The position numbers and the translations under genes are program-made. Below are positions 10,647-21,704 of a stretch of DNA of 64,000 nucleotides, one piece after another. The notes beneath the pieces are model-generated. The model did not search any database. It was not told the DNA's origin and saw only the letters and a list, made by a program, of their open reading frames with translations. Every line of letters starts with the position of its first letter. Positions within the stretch are counted from its first letter, which is position 1. This DNA comes from Lachnospiraceae bacterium (lineage in GTDB: Bacteria > Bacillota > Clostridia > Lachnospirales > Lachnospiraceae): contig JBGUWZ010000012.1 in assembly GCA_045221675.1 (NCBI GenBank), positions 15,278 to 79,277 on the forward strand, in the 5' to 3' direction.

Positions 10647-11585
10647 ATGAAGACTGTTGTTCAGCTCAGCAAGCTGGCAGGGGAAATGAAACTAAAGAAT
10701 CTGACCCCCGAAATCTGTATGGACGAGGTCGAGATCACCTCGCAGGAGATCAATCGTCCTGCTTTGCAGCTCGCCGGCTATTATGAGCACTTTTCACATG
10801 AACGCGTCCAGATCATCGGCTATGTCGAGTATACCTACCTCATGCAGAAGGAAGAAGATGAGCGTTCGGTCTGTTTCGAGAGATTCATCTCCAGCGGCAT
10901 ACCCTGTGTCATTTTCACGACACTGACTGAGCCGACGGAGGATATGCTGTTCATCTGCAAAAAGTACAATGTTCCCGCCCTGGTCACAACGCGCACGACC
11001 AGCGCTTTTATGGCAGAGATCATCAGATGGCTCGGCGTGGAACTGGCCCCGAGCATTTCGATTCACGGCGTTCTGGTCGACGTTTACGGCGAAGGCGTCC
11101 TGATTATGGGCGAGAGCGGAATAGGCAAGTCCGAAGCAGCACTCGAGCTTGTGCGCCGCGGACACCGCCTGGTAAGTGATGACGTAGTCATTATCCGCAA
11201 AGTATCTGACGCGACCCTGCTCGGATGCGCGCCGGATGTCACCAAACATCTCATCGAACTTCGGGGCATCGGTATTATCGATGTTAAGACGCTGTACGGC
11301 GTAGAGCATGTCAAAGATTCACAGGCTATTGACCTTGTCATCAAGCTCGAGGACTGGAGCCGTGAAAAAGAATACGACCGGCTTGGACTGGAAGAGCAGA
11401 CGACGGAGTTTCTCGGAAATAAAGTCACCTGCCACTCACTGCCGATCCGGCCTGGCCGCAATCTCGCTGTCATAGTCGAAACGGCAGCCGTCAATCACAG
11501 ACAGAAGAAAATGGGTTACAATGCTGCGCATGAGCTCTACAGGCGTGTGCAGGAGAATATAATGAACAAGAGAGGTGATATCTAA
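10647..11585 (+). CDS. hprK: HPr(Ser) kinase/phosphorylase
   Basis: INRPALQL, GESGIGKSE Walker A, ELRGIGIIDV, PIRPGRNL; start set to the RBS-preceded ATG. Confidence 0.96.
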   Translation: MKTVVQLSKLAGEMKLKNLTPEICMDEVEITSQEINRPALQLAGYYEHFSHERVQIIGYVEYTYLMQKEEDERSVCFERFISSGIPCVIFTTLTEPTEDMLFICKKYNVPALVTTRTTSAFMAEIIRWLGVELAPSISIHGVLVDVYGEGVLIMGESGIGKSEAALELVRRGHRLVSDDVVIIRKVSDATLLGCAPDVTKHLIELRGIGIIDVKTLYGVEHVKDSQAIDLVIKLEDWSREKEYDRLGLEEQTTEFLGNKVTCHSLPIRPGRNLAVIVETAAVNHRQKKMGYNAAHELYRRVQENIMNKRGDI

Positions 11586-12517
11586 TGGGCAAGTATTGTT
11601 TTGGTATCGATGTAGGCGGAACCACCGTAAAGTGCGGTCTCTTTGAGACGGACGGCACTCTCTTAGATAAGTGGGAAATCGTCACTCGTACGGAAAACGG
11701 CGGTGAAAATGTTCTCCCCGACATCGCAGCAACTATTATCGCAAAGATGACAGTTAAGGGCATTGCCAAAGATGATGTTGTAGGCGTGGGCGTAGGCATT
11801 CCGGGACCGGTCATGCAGGGTGTTGTTCCGGTGGCTGTCAACCTTCACTGGGGAGAAAAAAATGTCGAATATGAACTGGGCACAATTCTCGACATGAAGG
11901 TCCGCGCAGGTAATGACGCCAATGTCGCAGCCCTCGGCGAGCTCTGGAAAGGCGGCGGCGAAGGCAAGGAGAACCTTATCATGGTCACACTCGGAACCGG
12001 TGTCGGCGGCGGCATCATTGTCGACGGAAAGATCATCGAAGGTTCCCACGGCGCCGGCGGTGAGATCGGCCATGCTCACGTAGACGACAACATTAAGGAT
12101 CCGTGCAACTGCGGCAATTACGGCTGCCTCGAGCAGGTCGCGTCCGCAACAGGCGTTGTCCGACTTGCCAAAGAAGAGCTTCTGAAAAACCCGGCCGCTG
12201 TCACAGCCCTCCGTGATCAGGAAGTCACATCCAAGGCTGTCTTCGACGCATACAAGGACGGCGATGCCGTTGCTTCGGCGATTGTCAACAGGTTTGCGGC
12301 TTATCTCGGAACCGCGCTTGCTACATTTGCATGCGTAACCGATCCGGAAGTCATCGTCATCGGCGGCGGTGTCTCCAAGGCGGGCGAAGCTCTCACAGAC
12401 ATAGTCGGTAAGTACTACCGCACGCGCGCATTCTCATCCTGCGCCAATACACCGATCGTTCTCGCGAAACTCGGCAACGATGCCGGCATGTACGGAGCAG
12501 CCAAGCTCGTCGTATAA
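11585..12517 (+). CDS. glcK: ROK-family glucokinase
   Basis: GIDVGGT, NDANVAALGE, CNCGNYGCLEQ; TAATG overlap with hprK. Confidence 0.9.
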   Translation: MGKYCFGIDVGGTTVKCGLFETDGTLLDKWEIVTRTENGGENVLPDIAATIIAKMTVKGIAKDDVVGVGVGIPGPVMQGVVPVAVNLHWGEKNVEYELGTILDMKVRAGNDANVAALGELWKGGGEGKENLIMVTLGTGVGGGIIVDGKIIEGSHGAGGEIGHAHVDDNIKDPCNCGNYGCLEQVASATGVVRLAKEELLKNPAAVTALRDQEVTSKAVFDAYKDGDAVASAIVNRFAAYLGTALATFACVTDPEVIVIGGGVSKAGEALTDIVGKYYRTRAFSSCANTPIVLAKLGNDAGMYGAAKLVV

Positions 12518-12548
12518 TACGTTCGGGAAAATCGCTTTAGGTCAAAAG

Positions 12549-12593
12549 AAGCTGCATATGAACGGCATATTCACATGTCGTCATATGCAGCTT
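12549..12593. terminator. Stem-loop between convergent glcK and PBP1A
   Basis: AAGCTGCATATGA...TCATATGCAGCTT. Confidence 0.6.
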
Positions 12594-12638
12594 TATTTCA
12601 TTTTGTGAAGAGCTCTCATGCAGGCGAAAGCAGATCAA

Positions 12639-15266
12639 TCAATAATCTTCTCCGTCCTCATCGTAGTTTTCGCCGCCGTCATCATCTCTTTCTCCGGACT
12701 GCTCCTCGATGCCTCCGTTATCATTCTCATCGTTTTGATTATTATTCTGATTGTTTTCTTCCTGGTTCCCGTTATTGCCCTGATCATTCTGATCATTCTG
12801 ACTTTGCTGACTCGGCGCTGTCTCTTCTTCCTCTTCTTCCTCCCAGTTGTTGTCCCAACTGTTCCAGTCCTCTTCTTCCTCCTCGTAGTATCCGCTGTGG
12901 ACACGCCACCCGCCGCAGGTCTCCGTCGGAGCAGTACCCGGCGCAAAATATTCCCAGTGGGTCGGGCAGCTGCCTCTTGGGATCAGCCCGGTCTGAGAGC
13001 AGACCTCTACATGAGTGATCGTATTCGGAAGCAGGAACTGGATCTTGCTCTGATTCTTTGAAATGCGGTCCATAACTGCCTTCCAGAGTATCTGATGGTA
13101 TACATGATAAATTCCTTCATCCGGCAGATTTTCCGAATCGTCATAACCGGCCCAGACGCCGCATGTATAATACGGTGTGTAGCCAACGAACCAGACATCG
13201 CGGTATTCTGTCGTCGTACCGGTCTTGCCGGCAACGGGCATGCCGCAGTCAAGACGCACATTCTGACCTGTGCCCTTTGTTACTACGTCCTCCATCGCAT
13301 TCGTCAGGAGAGCAGCCGTCTCGCGGGATATAGCTCTGGTCGTTTCAGGTGTGTTGTTGATGACAATATTGCCGTCCTGGTCTTCTATTCTCGTGTAGAA
13401 AATCGGTTTGATGTAAGTGCCTTCATTTGCAATCGCAGCAAATGCCGCCGTCAGCTCAAGGTTGGTGACACCGTTGTAGATACCGCCGAGGGCCAGCGGC
13501 TGATAGATGTCGTTTCTTTCCGACAGGGTCGTAAAGCCGTACTTGAGCAGCTGATTGTATGCAGCCTCCGGCGTGATATCCGTGATCGTCTGCACCGCAA
13601 TCGTGTTCACGGAGTTGATGATCGCGTCCCTGATATTCATCATTTCGTGTGTATAGATATTGTTCGAGTTCGATACCGGGGTGCCGTCTTTGTATGTGAC
13701 CTCATCGTCGAGATAAGTCGACGCAAGTGTCTTCTTTCCGCTGTCCAGAGCATAGGAATAAGTGGACAGGATCTTGAATGTTGAACCCGGCTGGCGGGTC
13801 GAATTCGTCGCGCGGTTCAGAGTCAGGGAAGCGGTCTTTTCACCTCTGCCGCCGATGAGTCCCTTCACATATCCGGTCCTCTGATCCATGAGGACCATCG
13901 ATGACTGCGGTTCCGGAGCGCAGGAGAATCTCTCCGCTATGATCACGTCTCCGGCCTCCTCATTCACCACATGTGACTTATAGTCGTTAACATAATTTCT
14001 TGCCTGATCCTCGGATTCAAATGCAAGAATACTGAATGAAGGGTCCAGGTTCTCACGATAGAAGTTGCGGAGCATCTCACGGCTGTAGTTCGTGACCTCC
14101 CCCTCTGAGTTCGCGACTGATAGAGCCCAGTCGAGTGAATACTTCGTCCCTTCCGGGAAGTTCGCGGGATTGGAATAAACTTCATCCATGATGGCCTGTA
14201 TTTCCATATCCTGCGTCGTGTAAATGCGCAGACCGCCGGAATACAGGGCCTGATACGCCTGATTCTCTGTATAGCCTTTCTGACGCATGAGGTCAGATAC
14301 GACCTGCTCTGTCAGTTCATCGACGAAGTATGAATAAATCGTCGTCACCTGCTCATTGGTGCTCTGAGCATTTGCAATCCTGTCGTAGACCGGATCCGCA
14401 AGGGCTTCATCCATCGATTCCTGGGAAATGTACCCCTGCTCGACCATGTCATTCAGGATTTTGATGCGGCGCTCGGCATTTTTTTCCGGCTGCCTGATCG
14501 GATTATAGCGGCTCGGGTTCTGGGTTATGCCCGCGATGACCGTTGCCTCGGACAATGTAAGCGACTCGACGTCCTTTCCGAAATACTTTCTTGAGGCAGC
14601 CTGGACCCCGTAGGTTCCTGCGCCGAGATTGATCGTATTCAGATAATTCTCAAGTATTCTGTCTTTGGCTGCCTGCTTGCTGCCAAGTTCTTCCTCAAGT
14701 TTTTCTTCAAGTTCGACAGCAAGGAACTGCTCCTGAATTTTTCGCTTGACACTGTCAACTCTGCTCTCCTCCGTCCAGTTCGTGAAGACATTATTCTTCA
14801 GCAGCTGCTGAGTAATGGTACTTGCACCCTCCGTGAACCGGAAACGGTTCCTCACACCGACGACAAATGCGCGGACAATGCCCTTGGCATCAATGCCGTT
14901 GTGAAGATAGAATCGCTCGTCCTCGACCGCAATGACAGCCTTCTGCAGCGCAACCGGCACTTTATCCAGTGAGACTGAAATTCGGTTCGAGTTGGATGTT
15001 GTGAGTTTCTGGAGCTGATTTCCCTCCGAGTCGTAGATGAAGGTGGCATAACCGTTCGGTGCAATATTGACTGACGCGACATCCGGAGTGTTAGCTACAA
15101 TACCGCTCAGAATGCCCAGGACGCCAAACCCGCCGACCAGGATGACTGATATGAACGCGATCAGAAGAAGCCGGATCACAATGACTCCGACACGCTTTTC
15201 AAGCTCCTGAGAGGTCGATTCGAACTGATCTACTTTGCGCTCAATTGCCTCTGTAGTGTAATTCAT
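12639..15266 (-). CDS. Class A penicillin-binding protein (PBP1A family) with acidic C-terminal tail
   Basis: EDERFYLH and GASTITQQL transglycosylase motifs; STFK, SVN and KTG transpeptidase motifs. Confidence 0.93.
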   Translation of the reverse strand: MNYTTEAIERKVDQFESTSQELEKRVGVIVIRLLLIAFISVILVGGFGVLGILSGIVANTPDVASVNIAPNGYATFIYDSEGNQLQKLTTSNSNRISVSLDKVPVALQKAVIAVEDERFYLHNGIDAKGIVRAFVVGVRNRFRFTEGASTITQQLLKNNVFTNWTEESRVDSVKRKIQEQFLAVELEEKLEEELGSKQAAKDRILENYLNTINLGAGTYGVQAASRKYFGKDVESLTLSEATVIAGITQNPSRYNPIRQPEKNAERRIKILNDMVEQGYISQESMDEALADPVYDRIANAQSTNEQVTTIYSYFVDELTEQVVSDLMRQKGYTENQAYQALYSGGLRIYTTQDMEIQAIMDEVYSNPANFPEGTKYSLDWALSVANSEGEVTNYSREMLRNFYRENLDPSFSILAFESEDQARNYVNDYKSHVVNEEAGDVIIAERFSCAPEPQSSMVLMDQRTGYVKGLIGGRGEKTASLTLNRATNSTRQPGSTFKILSTYSYALDSGKKTLASTYLDDEVTYKDGTPVSNSNNIYTHEMMNIRDAIINSVNTIAVQTITDITPEAAYNQLLKYGFTTLSERNDIYQPLALGGIYNGVTNLELTAAFAAIANEGTYIKPIFYTRIEDQDGNIVINNTPETTRAISRETAALLTNAMEDVVTKGTGQNVRLDCGMPVAGKTGTTTEYRDVWFVGYTPYYTCGVWAGYDDSENLPDEGIYHVYHQILWKAVMDRISKNQSKIQFLLPNTITHVEVCSQTGLIPRGSCPTHWEYFAPGTAPTETCGGWRVHSGYYEEEEEDWNSWDNNWEEEEEEETAPSQQSQNDQNDQGNNGNQEENNQNNNQNDENDNGGIEEQSGERDDDGGENYDEDGEDY

Positions 15267-15404
15267 GTATATGGTGTCCGCTCTTTACGGCGCGGCGCTC
15301 CTCCTTTGAACATAGTCATAGATAATATTATTTTAAATGAAATATGTCTGCAATGCAATATAGAAAAAGACTGCCGCATTGCGGCAGCCTGATGTAAATG
15401 CTGA

Positions 15405-17678
15405 TTAAATCTGTTCAGCCTTGTTCTCTACGGGGATCTCATCGGCTGAGTGATCCTCGACCTTTTTCTCCTGAGGCTCCATTGTGACCAGATCGATCAT
15501 GGGAGCATCGGGATTCGGAACTGCAATAATCTGCTTTTCTGAGGATGTCTCCTCGTTTGCCGGCGTAGATTCCACGCTGCTTTCGGGTCTCGAAACAGTT
15601 CCATGCTCTGCACCCTCCGGTCTGACGTCCGCATCCGGCACCGGTCTTCTGACAGGCCTCCGTCTCGGTGTTCCGTCCGGATTCATCATAGGACGTCTCG
15701 GGCGTCGTCTCGGAGTCCCGTCCGGATTCACCGGGCGTTCGCGCCGCGCAGCAGCGGGTTGGTTCTCAACCTTAGCACCGTTTTCAGTAAGTCTTCCCTC
15801 GATCCTCGGGACAGATTCATCCTGTTCCGGGAGCCCCTCGACTTCGCGGAATATCTTCATGAACTCCTTGCCGGTGATTGTTTCCCTCTGAATCAGATAC
15901 TCAGCCAGACGATCCATGGTGTTTCTGTGCTCACGAAGCAGGCGGAGCGCCTCTGCGTACGACTTCTTCAGTATGACCATGACCTCATGATCAATCTCGG
16001 TCGCTGTCGCGTCGCCACAGTTCAGATATGTTCTGCCGTCCAGATACTGATTTTCCTGAGTGACCAGGCCGATGAGGCCGAACTTATCGGACATGCCGTA
16101 CTGAGTGATCATCGCGCGGGCGATCTTTGTCGCCTTCTCAATATCATTTGCGGCACCCGTGGTCACGGTGTCGAAGACGATTTCCTCTGCAGCTCTTCCG
16201 CCGAGGGACATGACGATCTGTGCCTCAAGTTCCTTCTTGGTATTCAGGTATTTTTCCTCTTCCGGCACGTTCATAACGTAGCCGAGAGCCCCCATAGTTC
16301 TCGGTATGATGGTGATTTTCTGAACCGGCTCAGCATTTTTCTGAAGAGCGGACAGAAGCGCATGACCGATCTCATGATAGGAGACAATGCGTCTCTCTTC
16401 CACGCTGAGGATGCGGTCCTTCTTCTCCTTGCCGACCAGGACGACCTCGACCGCCTCCAGAAGATCCTTCTGGCTGACCTGATGGCGTCCGTTCTTGACA
16501 GCCAGGATCGCGGCTTCGTTGATCATATTTGCAAGATCCGAACCGACAGCGCCGCCGGTAGCAAGGGCAATCGCATCGAGGTCGACTGTGTCGTCCATGA
16601 GAACATCTTTTGAGTGGACTTTCAGGATCGCGACACGACCCTTAAGATCCGGTCTGTCGACAATGACACGCCTGTCGAAACGTCCCGGGCGCAGAAGCGC
16701 GGGATCAAGGACCTCCGGGCGGTTGGTCGCCGCTATGATAAGAAGACCCTTGGATGCCTCAAAGCCATCCATCTCTGCCAGAAGCTGATTGAGCGTCTGC
16801 TCACGCTCGTCATTGCCGCCGTAGCGGCCGCCGTCACGGGCCTTGCCTATAGCATCGATCTCATCAATGAAAATAATGCACGGAGCGTTCTTCTTGGCCT
16901 CCTCAAACAGGTCACGCACACGGCTCGCGCCGACACCGACGAACATCTCCACGAACTCAGAGCCTGACAGAGAGAAGAAAGGAACATGGGCTTCGCCCGC
17001 TACAGCCTTGGCGAGGAGCGTCTTACCTGTGCCGGGAGGTCCTACAAGCAGGGCTCCCTTCGGAAGCTTTGCTCCGATTTCTGAATACTTGGCCGGGTTG
17101 TGCAGGAAGTCTACACACTCCTGAAGGCTCTCTTTGGCCTCATCCTCGCCTGCGACGTCCTTGAAGGTAACTCCGGTGTCCTGCTGAATGTAGGTCTTGG
17201 CCCTGCTCTTGCCGACGCCCATCATTCCGCCGCCACGGCCCATCCGGTTCATAAATATACTTATTATGATCATAAAGAGGACGAACGGGATCAGGAAGGA
17301 CAGGATCGAGTAAATGATCTCAGACATCATCGATGCCTCGACAGCCTTGTATTCCACCCCGTATTTTTCAAGGCGCTTGGTGAGAGCGTTGCCGTCCTCG
17401 ATGGTCTTCGTGTAATACTTGATCGTCCCAACGTCATTTCCGCTTGATTTCGGTGTGATCTCGATCCTCGAAGATCCGATTTCCACACTAGCGATCTCAT
17501 CATTCTCAAGCATGTCAATGAACTTGTCGTACGTTATCTCTCTTGAAGTGCTGGAATCCAGTGCTCCCGAAAAAAGACTCATACCGATGAGGCCGACCAT
17601 GAGGCAGACCAGAAAAATGATCAGGGACTGCCCGTTCCGGTTTCCACCGTTATTGTTCTTGTTGTTGTTATCGTTCAT
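15405..17678 (-). CDS. ftsH: ATP-dependent zinc metalloprotease FtsH
   Basis: Two TM segments, [17 protein letters not shown] motif, HEIGH zinc motif; low-complexity C-terminal extension. Confidence 0.96.
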   Translation of the reverse strand: MNDNNNKNNNGGNRNGQSLIIFLVCLMVGLIGMSLFSGALDSSTSREITYDKFIDMLENDEIASVEIGSSRIEITPKSSGNDVGTIKYYTKTIEDGNALTKRLEKYGVEYKAVEASMMSEIIYSILSFLIPFVLFMIIISIFMNRMGRGGGMMGVGKSRAKTYIQQDTGVTFKDVAGEDEAKESLQECVDFLHNPAKYSEIGAKLPKGALLVGPPGTGKTLLAKAVAGEAHVPFFSLSGSEFVEMFVGVGASRVRDLFEEAKKNAPCIIFIDEIDAIGKARDGGRYGGNDEREQTLNQLLAEMDGFEASKGLLIIAATNRPEVLDPALLRPGRFDRRVIVDRPDLKGRVAILKVHSKDVLMDDTVDLDAIALATGGAVGSDLANMINEAAILAVKNGRHQVSQKDLLEAVEVVLVGKEKKDRILSVEERRIVSYHEIGHALLSALQKNAEPVQKITIIPRTMGALGYVMNVPEEEKYLNTKKELEAQIVMSLGGRAAEEIVFDTVTTGAANDIEKATKIARAMITQYGMSDKFGLIGLVTQENQYLDGRTYLNCGDATATEIDHEVMVILKKSYAEALRLLREHRNTMDRLAEYLIQRETITGKEFMKIFREVEGLPEQDESVPRIEGRLTENGAKVENQPAAARRERPVNPDGTPRRRPRRPMMNPDGTPRRRPVRRPVPDADVRPEGAEHGTVSRPESSVESTPANEETSSEKQIIAVPNPDAPMIDLVTMEPQEKKVEDHSADEIPVENKAEQI

Positions 17679-18010
17679 ACTACTCCTTTCGGTCTTATGC
17701 ACTTTAGGTGCGTGAAAAACCAAGCTATATTATATGAATTTATAACTGATAATGCAAGGTCTGGCATATACCGGAGTTGTGAAATTTCTGTAAATTCACC
17801 GGTCTCCACCGCTTATGTATTCTCATGAAATCGGGTGTCCGTCAGCCAAAAATGAAACGCCGGAGAATGTCGCACGAACTGTCAAAGCTCAAATGAGCGC
17901 AAATGCTTCTCTGCTCATTTTTTTATGGAAATAAGCCCCGTAATCTGCTATTATAAATAATGTTTTTTTCGGAGACAGATCTGACAATTAGATAGTCTAA
18001 GGAGGCATAT

Positions 18011-19489
18011 ATGAAAATCGGTTTCAGTAATGAAAAGTATCTCGAAATGCAGTCAAACATGATAAGAGAGAGGATCAGTGAGTTCGGCGGCAAGCTTTAT
18101 CTCGAGTTCGGCGGCAAGCTCTTCGACGATTACCATGCTTCCAGAGTTCTGCCGGGCTTCCAGCCCGATTCCAAGCTGCATATGCTGCTCCAACTGAAAG
18201 AGCAGACTGAAATAGTCATCGTTATATCCGCGACTGATATTGAGAATAATAAAGTCCGGGGCGATCTCGGCATAACATACGACACTGATGTACTACGCCT
18301 CATGAACGAATTTCAGAGCTGCGGCCTCTACGTCGGCTCGGTAGTCATCACACATTTCAAAGGTCAGGATGCCGCCATCCTCTTCAGGAATCATCTGGAA
18401 AAATACGGTGTACGCGTCTATCTCCACTACCTGATCAAAGGATATCCGAACAATATTCCTCTCATTGTAAGTGATCAGGGCTATGGGAAAAACGATTATA
18501 TTGAGACGACAAGACCGCTGGTCATCGTGACAGCTCCGGGCCCGGGATCCGGCAAGCTTGCCACCTGCCTCTCCCAGCTCTACCATGACCACAAGCGCGG
18601 AATCAATGCCGGCTACGCAAAGTTCGAGACATTCCCGATCTGGAATCTTCCTCTCAAGCATCCTGTCAATCTGGCTTATGAGGCAGCTACGGCAGACCTC
18701 AACGATGTCAACATGATTGATCCCTTCCATCTTGAAGCCTACGGAAAGACCACTGTCAATTATAACAGAGATGTACAGGCTTTCCCGGTTCTTCAGGCCA
18801 TCTTCGAGTCCATATACGGCGAATGTTCTTACAAATCACCCACGGATATGGGTGTCAACATGGCAGGCAACTGCATTATTGATGACGAAGTCTGCAAGGA
18901 GGCTTCAAGACAGGAGATCATACGGCGCTATTATGAAGCCCTTGCCGGCCTTGCCGACGGCACAAGACGCGAGGAAGAAGCTGATAAGATCGAAAGCATT
19001 ATGAATCAGGCCCACGTAAAGAAAGAGGACCGTGTCGTCGTCGGTCACGCCCACAAACGCGCTGAGGAGACCGGCGCTGCCGCAACAGCCATTGAGCTCC
19101 CGGATGGCGCGATCATCACCGGTAAGACATCGGATCTGCTCGGTCCGACATCGGCAGCCCTGCTCAACGCGCTCAAAGTGCTTGCCGGCATTCCGCACTC
19201 CGTCAAAATCATCACTCCGGAAGCCATCGCTCCTATTCAGAAGCTGAAGACGACCTACCTTGGCGGAAAGAACCCGAGGCTCCACACAGATGAGGTACTG
19301 ATCGCGCTGTCAACTTCAGCGGCGACAGATCCGAACGCGGCATCTGCGCTCGAAGCTCTTCCGAAACTCCGCGGCTGCCAGGCTCACTCTTCTGTCATGC
19401 TCTCACAGGTAGATATCAGACTCATGAAGAGAATCGGTGTACAGATGACCTGTGAACCGGTCTATGAGAATAAGAAAATTTTCCACTAA
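18011..19489 (+). CDS. DUF1846 family protein
   Basis: LYLEFGGKLFDD, TAPGPGSGK, YAKFETFPIWN, TDMGVNM. Confidence 0.85.
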   Translation: MKIGFSNEKYLEMQSNMIRERISEFGGKLYLEFGGKLFDDYHASRVLPGFQPDSKLHMLLQLKEQTEIVIVISATDIENNKVRGDLGITYDTDVLRLMNEFQSCGLYVGSVVITHFKGQDAAILFRNHLEKYGVRVYLHYLIKGYPNNIPLIVSDQGYGKNDYIETTRPLVIVTAPGPGSGKLATCLSQLYHDHKRGINAGYAKFETFPIWNLPLKHPVNLAYEAATADLNDVNMIDPFHLEAYGKTTVNYNRDVQAFPVLQAIFESIYGECSYKSPTDMGVNMAGNCIIDDEVCKEASRQEIIRRYYEALAGLADGTRREEEADKIESIMNQAHVKKEDRVVVGHAHKRAEETGAAATAIELPDGAIITGKTSDLLGPTSAALLNALKVLAGIPHSVKIITPEAIAPIQKLKTTYLGGKNPRLHTDEVLIALSTSAATDPNAASALEALPKLRGCQAHSSVMLSQVDIRLMKRIGVQMTCEPVYENKKIFH

Positions 19490-19560
19490 AACACAAACGA
19501 GGAGGCTTCGCCTCCTCGCAGATCCGCTTTAATGCGAACATTACACGCTCTGCCGGGTCT

Positions 19561-19611
19561 GATCAGAAAAAAGCTCCGGTGATTTCTCACCGGAGCCTCT
19601 TTTTTCTGATC
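19561..19611. terminator. Bidirectional intrinsic terminator
   Basis: GATCAGAAAAAAGCTCCGGTGA...TCACCGGAGCCTCTTTTTTCTGATC between convergent genes. Confidence 0.8.
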
Positions 19612-19663
19612 TGAGCCGTGCTCGTCATTTCCGTGACATCACGAACAAAGCCCGCTTTGAAAA

Positions 19664-19921
19664 TTAAAGGTTAGCCTTAAGGAATGCCTCAAGAGCTGCT
19701 GCGTTGGCTTCTTCTGCGCCGCCGGAAACCTGAACTTCGATTTCATTGCCCTGCTTTACGCCGAGGGACATGAGGTTCATGAGCTTCTTGCCGTCAGCTG
19801 ACTTGCCATTTGCAAGAACCTTAACGTCGGAATCATATTTCTTGATTTCCTTGACAAGAGCGCCTGCCGGACGTGCATGGATACCAACGGGATCAGTGAT
19901 AACATACTTAAAAGACTTCAT
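19664..19921 (-). CDS. HPr family phosphocarrier protein (lacks Ser46)
   Basis: GIHARPA His15 motif, MSLGVKQG; KKLM where canonical HPr has KSIM. Confidence 0.9.
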   Translation of the reverse strand: MKSFKYVITDPVGIHARPAGALVKEIKKYDSDVKVLANGKSADGKKLMNLMSLGVKQGNEIEVQVSGGAEEANAAALEAFLKANL

Positions 19922-20162
19922 TTTGTAATCCTCCTAAAGTGTTTTGCCCATCTAGGGCTTGCTCACGTACAAGCTAGTAAATATTATACACCACTTTCCA
20001 CTAATCGTCACTTATTTTTGGTGATTTTTTATTATAAATTCAGCAATTGTTATGAAAGTTCAGACGAGCTGCAACAAAGTTCCATAACCTGCGCAAACAT
20101 AACACAAGAGCAGCTAGTCTGAACTGTTACCGATTGTTGTAACAGTGAACAGACCATTGATC

Positions 20163-21440
20163 TCAGCCGAGCGCATTTGCAACATCCGCGACCAGATCCT
20201 CGGTGTTCTCAAGGCCGCAGGACATTCTTACAAGATTGCCGGCTACGCCGCAGGCAAGAAGCTCTGCGTCTGTCAGCTGGCGGTGTGTGCTGCTGGCCGG
20301 ATGCAGGCAGCAGGACCGGGCGTCAGCCACATGGGTCTCGATTGCAAATATTCTGAGCTTCTTCATGAACTCCTCAGCCGCGGCTCTTCCACCCTTGACG
20401 CCAAAGGATACTACGCCGCAGCTTCCCTTAGGCATATATTTCATAGCCACATCATAGTACTTGTCACCCGGAAGTGACGGATAGTTTACGAACTCTGCCT
20501 TCGGAGAGGCCTTGAGGAATTCTGCCAGAGCCATGGCGTTCGCGCAGTGCTGTTTCATGCGAACGTGCAGGCTCTCGAGACCCAGGTTCAGGTAATATGC
20601 ATTCTGCGGTGCCTGGATCGATCCGAAATCGCGCATGAGCTGAGCAGTAGCCTTCGTAATGAACGCGCCCTCCTTGCCGAATTTCTCCGCATATGTGATG
20701 CCATGATAGCTGTCATCCGGTGTGGTAAGTCCCGGGAACTTGTCAGCGTGGGCCATCCAGTCGAATCTGCCGGAATCAACGATCGCACCGCCGACCGCAG
20801 AGCCGTGACCGTCCATGTATTTCGTCGTAGAGTGTGTGATGATGTCTACTCCGAACTCGAACGGACGGCAGTTTACCGGTGTCGGGAAAGTATTATCTAC
20901 AATGAACGGAACACCGTGAGCGTGGGCAGCAGACGCGAACTTATCGAAGTCGATGACTGTGAGGGCGGGGTTGGCAATGCTCTCGCCAAAGACAGCCTTT
21001 GTATTCGGTCTGAAGGCAGCTTCAAGTTCTTCCTCTGTGCAGTCCGGGGATACAAATGTGAACTCGATACCCATCTTGCGCATTGTCACATTGAAGAGGT
21101 TGAAAGTTCCGCCGTAAATGGAGGAGCTTGAGATGATGTGATCGCCTGCATTTGCAATATTGAAGATCGCGAAGAAGTTGGCAGCCTGGCCCGAGGATGT
21201 CAGCATGCCGGCAGTGCCGCCCTCCATAGCGGCAATCTTGGCAGCGACAAGGTCATTCGTCGGGTTCTGCAGACGCGTGTAGAAATAGCCGCTCGCCTCA
21301 AGGTCAAAGAGCTTTGCCATGTCCGCACTGGTATCATACTTGAATGTCGTGCTCTGATAGATCGGGACCTCTCTCGGTTCCCCGTTCATTGGACGATAAC
21401 CGCTCTGAACACATTTTGTCTCAATATTCCATTTATCCAT
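20163..21440 (-). CDS. metY: O-acetylhomoserine aminocarboxypropyltransferase (sulfhydrylase)
   Basis: PIYQSTT, YTRLQNPT, TKYMDGHG PLP-lysine motif, HPASSTH. Confidence 0.9.
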   Translation of the reverse strand: MDKWNIETKCVQSGYRPMNGEPREVPIYQSTTFKYDTSADMAKLFDLEASGYFYTRLQNPTNDLVAAKIAAMEGGTAGMLTSSGQAANFFAIFNIANAGDHIISSSSIYGGTFNLFNVTMRKMGIEFTFVSPDCTEEELEAAFRPNTKAVFGESIANPALTVIDFDKFASAAHAHGVPFIVDNTFPTPVNCRPFEFGVDIITHSTTKYMDGHGSAVGGAIVDSGRFDWMAHADKFPGLTTPDDSYHGITYAEKFGKEGAFITKATAQLMRDFGSIQAPQNAYYLNLGLESLHVRMKQHCANAMALAEFLKASPKAEFVNYPSLPGDKYYDVAMKYMPKGSCGVVSFGVKGGRAAAEEFMKKLRIFAIETHVADARSCCLHPASSTHRQLTDAELLACGVAGNLVRMSCGLENTEDLVADVANALG

Positions 21441-21525
21441 TACTGTCTCCTCTCTCACTCTAAAGCGCCGGTGTTCTTCCGGGCTTTATTGTTTCACACA
21501 GGGTTTTTAACCCCACTAATTAGAT

Positions 21526-21657
21526 ATATTATCGGAATCGCTTCGCGAACCCGATAAGTATATCATCGGAACCGCTTCGCGAACCCGATAATCATAATGC
21601 GGGCGATTTTATCGCCCTTTTATCGGGAGTTCCTCGCGGAACCCCCGATAAGTATAT
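21526..21657. repeat. Three related hairpins TTATCGG-N15/18-CCGATAA
   Basis: Two near-identical tandem 34-bp copies (21529, 21563) and a third variant (21620). Confidence 0.85.
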
Positions 21658-21704
21658 TACCAGATGACAGTTTTATGGACAAGTACTCTCTTTACACCAT
21701 GGCT

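Noticed and set aside
12639-12950. Trinucleotide-like repeats at the PBP1A 3' end
   Set aside because: Explained by the acidic Asn/Gln/Glu-rich disordered tail of the protein
21441-21660. SAM-I (S-box) or T-box riboswitch upstream of metY
   Set aside because: TTATC/GATAA ends resemble the S-box P1 helix, but the AAGAG, GCAACC and GGTGC cores and the T-box GGTGGTACC motif are absent
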